64,000 nucleotides of DNA from an uncultured delta proteobacterium. Lineage in GTDB: Bacteria > Desulfobacterota > Binatia > UBA9968. A program made the position numbers and the translations under genes. Positions within the stretch are counted from its first letter, which is position 1, and each line of letters begins with the position of its first letter. The stretch lies in assembly GCA_963847445.1 (NCBI GenBank), contig CAWJZV010000028.1, positions 32,001 through 96,000 on the forward strand, written 5' to 3'. Below are positions 48,301-58,799 of this stretch, piece after piece. Under the pieces are notes generated by a model. It was not told the origin of the DNA, searched no databases, and was given only the letters and a program-made list of their open reading frames with translations.

Positions 48301-48795
48301 TATCTCGGCGCCAAGCCCGACGATCCGTTCTATCGCGTGTCGCGCCTTATGCTGCGCGTCACTTACAACCGCGCTTATCCATACAACATCGTCATGATGA
48401 AACATGCGCCCTTTATCGCCACGGAGAAAAGCGTGAAGGCGCACGAGACCCGTCCCGATGGCCGCGCTTTATCGGAGAACACCGGCTATCAAGCCAACCT
48501 GCGCTACGGTTCGCAGCAGTCGATCACGCGCAACTGGCATATGCCGATGCATCAGACCGACACTTTGTTTCACAAAGCCAAAGTGTCGATGAGCTTCATC
48601 TTCGGCGGCGAAGCCGACAATCACGCCGTCAACACCGTGCCAAAAGAAACCCTGGTGCGCGTGACCAAAGCCGAAGACGGCGGTATGGGCGGCAAAGGGA
48701 TCTGGAAGCCGGCGACGACGGGTTATTCGCCGGACAACGAAAACGATTTGATGAAACGATATCTGGCGGGAGATTTGACGAAAGTGAAAGTGTGA
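45326..48795 (+). CDS. nxrA: Periplasmic Nitrospira/anammox-type nitrite oxidoreductase / nitrate reductase alpha subunit (Tat-exported, type II DMSO reductase family); one frameshift at about 45920
   Basis: TRRDFLK Tat motif; FS0 motif WVCSPNDTHAC...RQCAKG with Asp ligand; NYTWHGDQAPGHP; HWFH; TPKTRHRVHS. Confidence 0.9.
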
Positions 48796-48803
48796 GATGA
48801 ACA

Positions 48804-48981
48804 CGTTCAAGCCGTTCCAATCGTTCAACCCGTTCAACCCCCTCCTTAGTCCTCCCCCACGGGCGCGGGGGAGGAAAGGAATCGGAGGTTCGAACGACTG
48901 AAACCTCCGAAACGGTTTGAACGGAGCGCAGCGATTGAACGGCTTGAACGATTGGAACGCGAGCGACGAAGGAGCGAGATA
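48804..48981. repeat. GTTCAA/TTGAAC element, copy B
   Basis: Four left 9-mers, CCTCCCCC/GGGGGAGG hairpin, TCGGAGGTT/AACCTCCGA hairpin, right TTGAAC 9-mers, ending gcgacgaaggagcgagataATG. Confidence 0.93.
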
Positions 48982-49419
48982 ATGCCCTTTAAAGACCCCG
49001 ACCCCACCGACCCGAACATGCTCGTCGGCGTGATGCTTTCTGCCGACGCCGAGGCAACCCGTGACATGGCCTACGTCTTCGCCGAGGAATTCGCTCGTCT
49101 CGGCTATACGAGAGAGCAATTGCTCTGGCTGTTTAAGAATCCCTTCTACGGCGGCGCCCATGGCGCCTACCGAGCGCTCGGAGAAAACGAGACGCAGTCG
49201 ATCATCGATGAATGCTTGAACGTCTGGGGCACCATCAGAATAACAGTTCAAGACGTTCAAACAGTTCAAACCGATCAAACCCCCTCCTCAATCCCCCGCG
49301 TCGCGGGGGAGGAAGGGAATCGGAGGTTCGAATCTCTGAAACGGTTTGAACGGAGCGAAGCGATTGACCGGCTTGAACGGTTTGAACCTTCGCGACGAGA
49401 GGAGCGAGACGATGACTAA
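48982..49419 (+). CDS. Small hypothetical protein in the molybdoenzyme operon; C-terminus read through a repeat
   Basis: DPTDPNMLVGV...FAEEFARLG...LFKNPFYGGAH; frame open through copy C to a TAA overlapping the nxrB start. Confidence 0.75.
   Translation: MPFKDPDPTDPNMLVGVMLSADAEATRDMAYVFAEEFARLGYTREQLLWLFKNPFYGGAHGAYRALGENETQSIIDECLNVWGTIRITVQDVQTVQTDQTPSSIPRVAGEEGNRRFESLKRFERSEAIDRLERFEPSRREERDDD
49244..49411. repeat. GTTCAA/TTGAAC element, copy C (inside a reading frame)
   Basis: Same architecture as copy B, ending gcgacgagaggagcgagacgATG. Confidence 0.92.
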
Positions 49420-50677
49420 GGTTCACAACTGGCAGATCGGCCGGGAGATGAATTATCCTTATCCGCAGGCATTCCCGCGCCGCCAATTCGCCTTCGTCTT
49501 CAACATCAACCGCTGCATCGCCTGCCAGAGCTGCACCATGGCGTGCAAGTCGACTTGGACTTTCAGCAAGGGCCAAGAGCATATGTGGTGGGCCAACGTC
49601 GAGACCAAACCCTACGGCGGCTATCCGCAGTTCTGGGACGCCAAGATTCTCGACCTGATGGAGAAAGCCAATCCCGGCAATCAGCAATGGTCGGGCAAAC
49701 CTTCCGCCGATAAGCAGAAACCCTACGGCCAGTTCGACGGCATGACGATCTTCGAAGCGCAAAACATGCTGACGCCGGACAGCGCGCGTGTACTCGGCTA
49801 TCTGCCGACGGATGAAGAATGGAATTCGCCGAACATTTTCGAGGACAATCCGGTTGGAAAAAAAGGCGTGCGCAATGAACTGGATAAAGAAGGCACCGCG
49901 CTGCCGGAACACAAGACCTGGTTCTTTTATCTGGCGCGTATCTGCAACCATTGCAGCTATCCCGCTTGTCTAGCCGCCTGCCCGCGCAAGGCGATCTATA
50001 AACGGCCGGAAGACGGCATCGTTTTAATCGACCAAAAAGAATGCCGCGGCTATCGCAAATGCGTTGAAGCCTGCCCGTACAAGAAATCAATGTACCGCGG
50101 CAACACCCGGGTGTCGGAAAAGTGCGTCGGCTGTTATCCGCGTGTCGAAGGCAAAGATCCCGAAAGCGACGGACAGCCGATGGAAACCCGCTGCATGGCC
50201 GCCTGCATCGGCCAGATCCGCATGCAGGGGCTAGTGAAGATGAACAACGACGGCAGTTGGGCCGAGGACCGCTACAATCCGCTTTATTACATGGTCCACG
50301 TCGCAAAAGTCGCCCTGCCGCTCTATCCACAGTTCGGCACCGAACCCAACGGCTATTACATCCCGCCGCGCTGGGTGCCGCGCGATTATCTGAAACAAAT
50401 GTTCGGCCCCGGCGTCGATGACGCCATCGAGCGCTACAGTTATCCGGACCGCGAACTCTTGGCGGTGCTACAACTTTTCCGCCGCTCGAACCGGATCATC
50501 TTCCGCTACGAAATCAAAGAAGGGCCGCAGATTTACGAAGCGACCCTGCGCGGAAGAAAAATCACCATGTATAACGACACCGTGATCGCCTACGGCCAGA
50601 ACGGTAAAGAAATTTTTCGCACCCAGGTCGAAGAACCGGTGCATGTGCGGCCCAACAAACATGCGAACTCGATATGA
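49412..50677 (+). CDS. nxrB: Nitrite oxidoreductase / nitrate reductase beta (Fe-S) subunit
   Basis: NWQIGREM, NINRCIACQSCTMACK, RICNHCSYPACLAACP, CRGYRKCVEACPY and KCVGCYPR. Confidence 0.93.
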   Translation: MTKVHNWQIGREMNYPYPQAFPRRQFAFVFNINRCIACQSCTMACKSTWTFSKGQEHMWWANVETKPYGGYPQFWDAKILDLMEKANPGNQQWSGKPSADKQKPYGQFDGMTIFEAQNMLTPDSARVLGYLPTDEEWNSPNIFEDNPVGKKGVRNELDKEGTALPEHKTWFFYLARICNHCSYPACLAACPRKAIYKRPEDGIVLIDQKECRGYRKCVEACPYKKSMYRGNTRVSEKCVGCYPRVEGKDPESDGQPMETRCMAACIGQIRMQGLVKMNNDGSWAEDRYNPLYYMVHVAKVALPLYPQFGTEPNGYYIPPRWVPRDYLKQMFGPGVDDAIERYSYPDRELLAVLQLFRRSNRIIFRYEIKEGPQIYEATLRGRKITMYNDTVIAYGQNGKEIFRTQVEEPVHVRPNKHANSI

Positions 50678-50862
50678 TTCAAAGGTGTTCAAACCGTTCC
50701 AATCGTTCAAGCCGTTCAACCCCCTCCTCAGTCCTCCCCCGCGTTCGCGGGGGAGGAAGGGAATCGGAGGTTCAAACGATTGAAACCTCCGAAACGGTTT
50801 GAACGGAGCGAAGCGATTGAACGGTTTGAGCGGTTTTAACGATTCGGCAGGTGAGGTAGCCA
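50678..50862. repeat. GTTCAA/TTGAAC element, copy D
   Basis: Nearly identical to copy B including both inner hairpins; different 3' end (gtgaggtagccaATG). Confidence 0.93.
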
Positions 50863-51670
50863 ATGAACACCAACTAAGTCCAATGTCCATCAAGAGAGTA
50901 ACGATCTCGATGCTACCTTTTGCCGAGCCGCACTTTACAGCGCGCTGGCGATTGGCTTCCAGGCGCCGACGGTGGAAAATCTCGCCCGCTTGCTCACGAC
51001 GGAAAGCCGCGCCGCGCTCATCGGCGCGGCCAGTCTGCTCTATCCGTCCGGCGAGCCTGATCTGATTTCCGTAATCGAGACGTTCCCCAATTTTAATGAG
51101 GCGTATTTGACGGACGTCGCCTCACGCCACCGCGAGCTGTTCGGTCACACCGTGCGCGGACCGATTCCGCCTTACGAGACCGAGTACGGCAACGAAGCGT
51201 TGTTTCAGCTACCCCATGAATTGGGCGACTTGATGGGATTCTACAACGCCTTCGGCCTGATATTGAAGCCGGGCCAGCGCGAGCGCGCTGATCACATCAG
51301 CTGCGAATGCGAGTTCTTGATGTTTCTCGCGCTCAAAGAAAGTTATGCATTGGAGCATGAAGACCGAGAAATGTTGGCGGAAACCCAGAAGGCGGAAAGA
51401 TTATTTCTGCGCGACCACCTCGGCCGATTCCTGCCAACCTTTGTCTCCAAGCTTAGGCGCCATGAAGACTCCGGCTTCTATGGATTGCTCGGCGATCTTT
51501 GCCTGCGTTTGGTTACGGCGGAATGCAGCCGATTACAGGTTCCATCCGGCGCCGCCAATCTCGATCTTCGACCGGCCGATGACGACCGCGTGCCGATGGC
51601 CTGCGGCAGCGGCACCGACTGTGGCGCGATGCCCGGTGCCTGCGTGCCGGAGGAAGCCGATTCGGTATGA
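50863..51670 (+). CDS. TorD/DmsD-family molybdoenzyme chaperone; frameshifted N-terminus
   Basis: PPYETEY, ERADHISCECEF and FLRDHLGRF. Confidence 0.85.
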
Positions 51671-52647
51671 ACCAAGCTCTGAACCTCGTTTACGGGCCGC
51701 GCTTGATCGAAGAAGCGGTGTTTCTCGCCCAGCACGACAGCGATATTTCCGCGGAGCTCCAAGAACGGCGCAATCGTATTTACGAAATCGCCGACGCCGA
51801 CGAGCGCGACCGGCGGTTTAACGAACTCAACCGGGCTTGCTTCGATCGCCTTGGTTTAGGCAAGGTCATCGGCCAGAGCTTGCAAGAACAACCCCTCATC
51901 GGTGCCCACGTCGAGCGCGGCTTCGTGGTCGGCGCGACCCAGGCCAAAGAAGAGGGCGCCGAGCTGTTCGTCGCGCCGGATGAAATAAACAATGGCCACG
52001 GCCACCGCACGCTGCGACTGCTCCTCCGCCCCGAATCGCTGCTTAATGAAGATGGGTTGCGCCCCTTCTTACGCCATGAATTGTTCCATATCAGCGATAT
52101 GCTCGATCCGACATTCGACTACGAACCAACCCTGCCGAAGGCCGAGGGCGGGCCGACCTACGATACCCTGATTACGAGTCGCTATCGTGTGCTCTGGGAT
52201 GTGACGATCGCCGGCCGCATGGTGCGGCGCGGCTGGTGCGCCGCCACCGTTCGCGATCAAGAGTTCAAAGACTTCCGCCAAGCCTTTCCAATGTTGAACG
52301 GCGAGTCTGATGAGTTTTTCAAGCGCTTCTTTGATGCCGCGGCACCGCGCCATAATGAACTTGCCGCCTTCGCCTTCGACCCGAGGGCGGCCACGGACAG
52401 TGTCTCAAACCAAGCGGTCGCGGGAACCCACTGTTCCTTATGTCGCTTTCCCACGCACGCTTTTGAAACCGCGCCTGCGAATCTCGGCGCTGAAGTTTTA
52501 GCAGCGATCAAAGCAGATTTTCCCGACTGGACTCCGGCAAGGGGACTCTGTGTTCAATGCGCCGATCTCTACCGTGGCCGTCAACTGTCGATGGCGGCGG
52601 CAACTTCTGCCCGGATAGTACCTGGTCAACGCACCAGTCGCTCATAG
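51667..52647 (+). CDS. Hypothetical protein with HExxH motif and two C-terminal CxxC pairs
   Basis: LRHELFHISD, CSLC...CVQC; ATGA-coupled to the chaperone gene. Confidence 0.8.
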   Translation: MNQALNLVYGPRLIEEAVFLAQHDSDISAELQERRNRIYEIADADERDRRFNELNRACFDRLGLGKVIGQSLQEQPLIGAHVERGFVVGATQAKEEGAELFVAPDEINNGHGHRTLRLLLRPESLLNEDGLRPFLRHELFHISDMLDPTFDYEPTLPKAEGGPTYDTLITSRYRVLWDVTIAGRMVRRGWCAATVRDQEFKDFRQAFPMLNGESDEFFKRFFDAAAPRHNELAAFAFDPRAATDSVSNQAVAGTHCSLCRFPTHAFETAPANLGAEVLAAIKADFPDWTPARGLCVQCADLYRGRQLSMAAATSARIVPGQRTSRS

Positions 52648-52709
52648 ATACAATTTTACCGCGGGAGTTCACAAAATCGCAGTCCAAGAACCGAAGGGAT
52701 CGATTCACC

Positions 52710-53802
52710 ATGCGAAACTTCGATGAGCTATTAAAGAGTCTTCGGCCATCCACGGCCACCAGTGCGCCGGGCAAATCTTGGGCGTCCGCATGGCGATGCT
52801 GGGATGCCGCGAAGTCGCCATCGACGAGCCGCGCGGCTGCAAGAAGCTGATCGTTTACGCCGAGATCGACCGCTGCGCCACCGATGCCGTGCAGGCGGTC
52901 ACCGGCTGCTCGCTCGGCAAACGGACCTTAAAATTTCTCGACTACGGCAAGATGGCGGTGACCTTCCTCAACACCGAGACCGGGCGAGCGGTGCGAGTGT
53001 TGGCGAAAGACGACGCGCGCAAGCTGGTGCCGCTGTATGTCCAAGACAGCGCCAATTCGCGCGACGCACAAAAACAAGCCTATCGAATCATGCCCGAAGA
53101 AGCGCTTTTCGCCGTTAAACCGGTAACGATCGAAGTTCCCCCTCAAGAGATGCCCGGCTATCGCGGCAAACGGGTGGAGTGCGCCGAGTGTGGCGAGGGC
53201 ATAAATTTCAATCGCGAAGTCGAGCGCGGCGGCCGTATGCTCTGTATCCCTGCTCACAGGAACAACTGCGCTCGAACGGTCACGCCAGTGGAGCAAAAAC
53301 AGCCAACCCTAAAGTCCTATTGATTGTCGGCTCCAAGAAAGTCGGCAAAACAACTTTGATCGAGAGACTGATCCCCGAGCTCTCTCGGCGCGGCTATCGA
53401 GTCGGCACGGTGAAGCATCATCACTCGGATTTCCCTATTTCAGTCGATACCGCGGGCACCGACAGCTGGAGACACCGTCAAGCCGGCGCCACCGGTGTCG
53501 CACTGGTGACGCCGACCGACATCGCGCTGTTCCGCAACGGCGAAGATTCGCTTTCTCTCGATGACATCGTCGCCGGCTTGGGCGCAACCGATATTGTCTT
53601 AGTCGAAGGATTTCACAACGAACCGCGAGTCAAAATCGAAGTGCGCTCGGCTCGCAGCGATGCGGCGTTGTGCGAGAAGGACAAGAACCTGCTTGCGGTT
53701 GTGGCGCCAGAGGCACACCCCGCTTCGGTGCCGAGCTTTGTGCCCGAAGACATCCAGCCCATCGCCGATTTCATCGAACGCGAGATTTTGGCGCGAACCT
53801 AA
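52710..53802 (+). CDS. mobB: FmdE-family + zinc finger + MobB, probable fusion (two 1-bp indels)
   Basis: HGHQC..QILGVRMA, EIDRCATDA, DYGKMA (FmdE); CAEC...CIP(C); then IVGSKKVGKTTL, VKHHH, GTDSWRH and VLVEGF (MobB). Confidence 0.78.
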
Positions 53803-53833
53803 AGACCGGGGCATCGACGCGAGGTCAAATCCC

Positions 53834-54404
53834 CTAACCCGCCTTGCGCTTGCCAGCGGTTCGCCGCTTTTCGCGTAGTTTTCGCCGCAGGAACTCCAGG
53901 ATGCCGATGTGTTTGTGTGAGTCGTGAACCATCGTCGTGTAGAGCAACGCAAACACGTCACGATAGAGCCCCTGGCTCTCTTTTTTCAGCCGTTCGTATT
54001 CTTTAATCCCCTTGCGCTCGGCCTCAAGAAAGCGCTCAACGGATGCCAGCAGCTGTGCGCGCTTCTCACCCTTTTCATCAACTCGCCGGGCCATCCCTTC
54101 GGCGCGCGTCCACGCCAACTCATCCTTGAGTTTCGTTATCATTCGGCGCGTCAGCTCGTGATGACGCTGTTCGTCGGCGACGATCAGACCGAGGAGAAAG
54201 CGGATCAGTGGATCGCTCGACTCCTTGGCGATCACTTGATAATCGGTCAGCCACTGCTCCTCATGAGTCGCATGGGTTTGGAATTCGTTCATCAAACGCT
54301 GCACGGAGGAGAATTCCGGTGACTCAGGGACTCCCCACATCGCGTCTTCCGCCCAGTAATTGGCAATCGCTTTAATCGCTGATCGATCGTGGGCTTCGCG
54401 CCAT
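53834..54404 (-). CDS. Ferritin-like diiron protein (paralog of 7306-7812); N-terminal frameshift
   Basis: HATHEE...IVADEQRH...AERKG...HDSHKH; AAGGAG RBS before ATG 54404. Confidence 0.75.
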
Positions 54405-54453
54405 GGCGCTTCTCCTTTGGTCAGCCAGTCCTGTGTTGACACAGTTGAAATGA

Positions 54454-54468
54454 GCAAGGCGTATGCCA
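54454..54468 (-). promoter_or_regulatory. sigma54 promoter (TGGCAT-ACGCC-TTGC)
   Basis: Consensus match 50 bp upstream of the ferritin-like gene. Confidence 0.78.
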
Positions 54469-54587
54469 TGAGCTATGCGATGGAAAGCCGTGCATTTTTT
54501 TCTGATTGCTGAGAATCAACTGTCACGGAGCTTTCCGATTGTTGGGAAGATTCTCAGTGAGATCCGCCGTTATCCCTTGGAAAATCC

Positions 54588-54602
54588 TGGCATTACGATT
54601 GC
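54588..54602 (+). promoter_or_regulatory. sigma54 promoter (TGGCAT-TACGA-TTGC) for the bcr operon
   Basis: Consensus match 40 bp upstream of bcrC; divergent partner of 54454. Confidence 0.8.
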
Positions 54603-54641
54603 GTTGTTCCTATTATCAGAACCATGAAATCGGGGTGGTCA

Positions 54642-55800
54642 ATGACAACTGTCGAGAATATCGTTTCTCGCTATCGCGAGCCGCTGGAGAACTCTCCTCT
54701 CGATCTCGTCCAAGATTGGAAACGGGCCCACCCTGAAGCAAAGATCGTCGGCTGCTATCCGGTCTACACTCCCGTCGAACTCATCCATGCCGCTGGAATG
54801 CTCCCGGTCGGCGTCATTGGCGCGGGCAACCGGTTGGAGATCGCCCACGCAGATTCGCGTTTTCAGTCTTTCGTCTGCTCGATTGTTAAGAGCACGCTAG
54901 AGCTGGGGCTCACCGATAAACTAAAATTTCTCGACGGCATCGTCTTCCACTCGATCTGCGACCCGGCGCGCAATCTCGGCAGCGTCTTCAAACGCAACTT
55001 TCCCGATCTCATGGTGGAGTACATTCACTTTCCGCAGAACATGACTTCGCCCCATACCATCGATTATTTGATCGCCGAGTACAAAAGAATCAACGTCAGC
55101 TATGAGCAACTATCCGGAAGAAAAATTACCGACCAAGCGCTGCGAGAAAGTATCGCGCTCTACAATGCTCAGCGGCGCTTAATCCGGCAACTCTACGCCA
55201 TCCGCCGAGAAACGCCGCAGAATCTTTCGACGGTTGAGTGTTACGTCCTGACGCGTATCGGTACGCTGCTGCCGCCGGAGGAACATATCGCGATCCTTGA
55301 AGAGGCGATCCCACAGCTACGCCAACGCAACGAAAAGCCCAAGGACCGGATTAGAGTCGTCCTCGAAGGCTCGTTCTGCGAGCAGCCGCCCATTGAGCTG
55401 CTCGACGGACTGGAGGCGGCGGGTTGTTATATCCTGGACGACGATTTCCTCATCGGCTGGCGCTGGTTTTCCGACGATATTCCCACCGAAGGCGATCCCC
55501 TGCGCAACATCGCTAACGCCTATTTCAACCGCAGTGTTTATTCCGGCGTGAAGCACGACACCCGCGAGCCGAAAGCGAAACATCTGATCGACAAATACAA
55601 AGACAGCCGGCGCCGCCGCGGTGTTGATCCTCGCCGCCAAATTCTGCGAGCCGGCGCTATTCGACTACGCGCTCTATAAACGGGCACTGGAGAAAGAGGG
55701 TATTCCACACCTCTGCCTCGAGTTCGAGGAAAAGATGTGGATCTTCGATAAGGCGCGCACGGAAGTGGAAACGTTTGTCGAGTCAATGCTCTTCGATTAG
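54642..55800 (+). CDS. bcrC: Class I benzoyl-CoA reductase subunit C; frameshifted
   Basis: PVYTPVELIHAAGMLP, SICDPARNL, GSFCEQPP, GCYILDDD and KFCEPAL; follows Thauera-type BcrC as recalled. Confidence 0.82.
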
Positions 55801-55809
55801 GAGAATTTT

Positions 55810-57115
55810 ATGGCGCAAACAGCGGTAGCCGAAAAAACTCAGTACCAGGGTCAGATGCATCTGCTGCAGAAAGAGCTGATGGGGCGCTACTTCGAGCGCG
55901 TCACCCGGGCCGCGGAACAGGGCGAGGGCAAAGCCGTCTACATGTTGATCAGCGGCAACCCGGTGGAGCTGATCCAGGCATTCGACTCTGATCCCGGTCT
56001 ATCCGGAGATCGACGCCCTGCAGCTGGCGGCGAAGAAAAGCGCCCTGCCCTTTATCTTGAAGGCCGAGGAGTTGGGCTACTCGATGGACAACTGCGCCTA
56101 CGTGAAAGCCGATGTCGGCCTGTTTCTCGGCGACCGCAAAACCCCGTTCGCAACCATCCCACTGCCCTCGCTGATTCTCTGCAACTACGTCGGCTGCAAT
56201 GTCTACTTGCAGTGGTTCGAGCACCTGGCCGAATACTGCGATGGCCAACTCTACAACCTCGACATTCCGTTCTTGCGCGACCCGTCCGGCGTGCCGAGCC
56301 CGGAGGACGTTACTTATGTCGTGCGCCAACTCGAAGAAGTGATCGAAGATCTGCGAACGGCTGACCGGGAAGAAAGCTCGACTACGCACGGCTCAAACAA
56401 ATCGTCAGCCGCTCGAGTGAAACCGGCGAGATGTGGTCGCGGATCAAGGCGCTGACCAGGAATCTGCCTTCTCCCTTCGACGCCTACTTCGACTCGGTGA
56501 CCATGATGGCGCCGCTCTACTGCCTGCGGGGAACCGAAGAAGGCGTGCGCTTTTTCGAGACCGCCCTCAAAGAGATGGAGGAGAAAGTGCGCCTGGGCCA
56601 GGGGCCGTTACCCCAGGAGCGCTTCCGCTTCGTCATCGAAGGACCGCCGCCTTGGGGCCATCTGCGAACCTTTAGAGATATGTTTTCCAAATGGGGCGCG
56701 GTGGCAGTGGCTTCGACTTACTCCACCGTCGGCGGCCTGTGGGAATTCGGTTTCAGGCATGACTGCCAATCACCCGTTGGAATCCATCGCCCAGCATATG
56801 CTCCAGTGGAACGTCACCAACCGCAACTTCCTGCAGCGCTACCAGCAGATCCGCCGCTATGTCGAAGAGTGGCATGCCGACGCTCTGGTGATTCATTCGG
56901 TGAAAAGCTGCCGGCTGTTTTCCGCGGGACAGGGCGACATGCGCGAATATTTCACCAAAGAGTTGAACGTTCCCACTCTATTGATCGAATCGGATTTCGA
57001 AGATCCGCGCTATTTTTCCGAAGCCCAGCTCAGGAACCGCATCGACGCATTTTTCGAATCCTTGGAACACAAGAAAATGGTCCGTGCCGGAGCGGAAGCG
57101 GGAGGGGCAGCATGA
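55810..57115 (+). CDS. bcrB: Class I benzoyl-CoA reductase subunit B; frameshifted
   Basis: [41 protein letters not shown] and DPRYFS. Confidence 0.85.
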
Positions 57116-57952
57116 TTTACGCCGCAGGCATTGACGTTGGCTCGACTCAGACTAAAGGGATTATCCTCAACGACAAGTTCGAGATCGTCGCCCGAGCCTT
57201 GACCGACACCGGCGCCTACGTCACCAGGGCCGCGGAACGATGCTTCGTCGAAGCGCTGCAAATCGCCGGCGTCAAGCGCGAAGATGTCGCCTACGTCGTC
57301 GGCACCGGTTACGGCCGATACAAGGTCACCTTCGGCGACGCCCAGATTACCGAGATCAGCTGCCATGCGCGCGGCGCCAGCTACCTCTTTCCCAACACCC
57401 GCACGGTGATCGACATGGGCGGCCAGGATGCCAAGGGCATCAAGATCGGCATCGATGGCGACGTCAAAGACTTCGTCATGAATGACAAATGCGCCGCCGG
57501 CACGGGAAGATTTCTCGGCAGCGCCGCCGACGCTCTGGGCATGCGCCTTGGACGACATCGGCGACATCTCGCTCAAGGCGAAAAATCCGGTGCGGCTCAC
57601 CACCGTGTGCACGGTGTTCGTCGAGTCGGACATCATGTCCTACCTGGCCCAGGGCAAGAAGACCGAAGATATCCTCGGCGGCGTGCACAGCGCCATCGCC
57701 GCGCGGACGATTTCGCTGATTCGTCGCGTCGGCATCGAGCCGGAAGTCACTTTCACCGGCGGGGTTTCGAAAAATATCGGCATGGTGCGCGCGCTCGAAG
57801 AAAAACTCGGCATGAAACTCAACGTCAGCCCGGATTCCCACTTCGTCGGCGCCCTCGGCGCGAGCATCTTCGCCCTCGAACGCGCCGCCAAGGCAACCGG
57901 CGAAAGGCAGCAAGCAACCGGAATCGACGGCCGGGCCTACTGTCTAACTTAA
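57112..57952 (+). CDS. bcrA: Benzoyl-CoA reductase ATPase subunit (BcrA/BadF-type, short form); frameshifted
   Basis: [35 protein letters not shown] and VCTVFVES. Confidence 0.78.
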
Positions 57953-57961
57953 GGAGGCATC

Positions 57962-58799
57962 ATGACGTTTGTCGCTGGCATCGACATGGGCGCTAAATCG
58001 ACCAAGGCGGTGGTCTTGGATGGGGAGAAGCAAATTTGTGGCAAGGCCGCGATAAAAACCCGTCCGGATTTCGCCGCGGTCGCCAAGGAGGTGCTGAACC
58101 TAGCGCTTGCACAGGCCGGGCTCAAAGAGAGCGATCTAAATTACATCGCCACCACCGGCTTCGGCCGCTACAACGTGCCCTTCCGCGACGTTCAGATCAC
58201 CGATATCACCTGCGTCGGGCGCGGCGCGGTTTTTCTCTTTCCCAAGACCCGCTGCGTGCTCGACATCGGCGCGCAGAGCACGCGGGCGCTGCGGGTCAGC
58301 GACACCGGCAAGGTGCGTGAGTTCCGCACCAACGACAAGTGCGCCGCCGGCGCCGGCGGCTTCATCGAACGCGCTTGCAAATATCTCGAGGTCAATATCG
58401 ATCAGGTCGGCGATCTTTCCATTCAAGCGAATAAGCCGCAGACCATCAGCAGCGTCTGCGCCGTCTTGGCCGAATCCGAGATTATCAATCACGTCTCCAA
58501 CGGCGAGACCATCGAAAATATTCTGCGCGGCGTCCACAACTCACTCGCCTCCCGCGCCCTAGCATTGCTCAAGCGCTCGGGCATGGAAGACGAGGTCACG
58601 TTCGTCGGCGGCGTGGCGCGGCAAAAAGGCATGGTCAAGGCGCTGGAGGAAACACTCAAAAGAAAAGTCAACGTCAGCGACGGAGCCCGAACTGGTCGGC
58701 GCGTTGGGCGCCGCCCTGCTGGCGCTGCGGCGTCTTGAGAAGATTCGGGAAGACAAGAAATCAGCCGTGGTCGGAGAGGAGGCAAGAGCAGCGTTATGA
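57962..58799 (+). CDS. bcrD: Benzoyl-CoA reductase ATPase subunit (BcrD/BadG-type); frameshift near end
   Basis: [28 protein letters not shown] and [11 protein letters not shown]. Confidence 0.78.

Noticed and set aside
45326-50677. Cytoplasmic NarGH, or proof of a nitrite-oxidising lifestyle
   Set aside because: The Tat signal, motifs and lack of narI argue against NarGH; reaction direction cannot be read from sequence.
45209-50862. CRISPR array
   Set aside because: Copies are 115-185 bp, separated by whole genes, with no short unique spacers and no cas genes.
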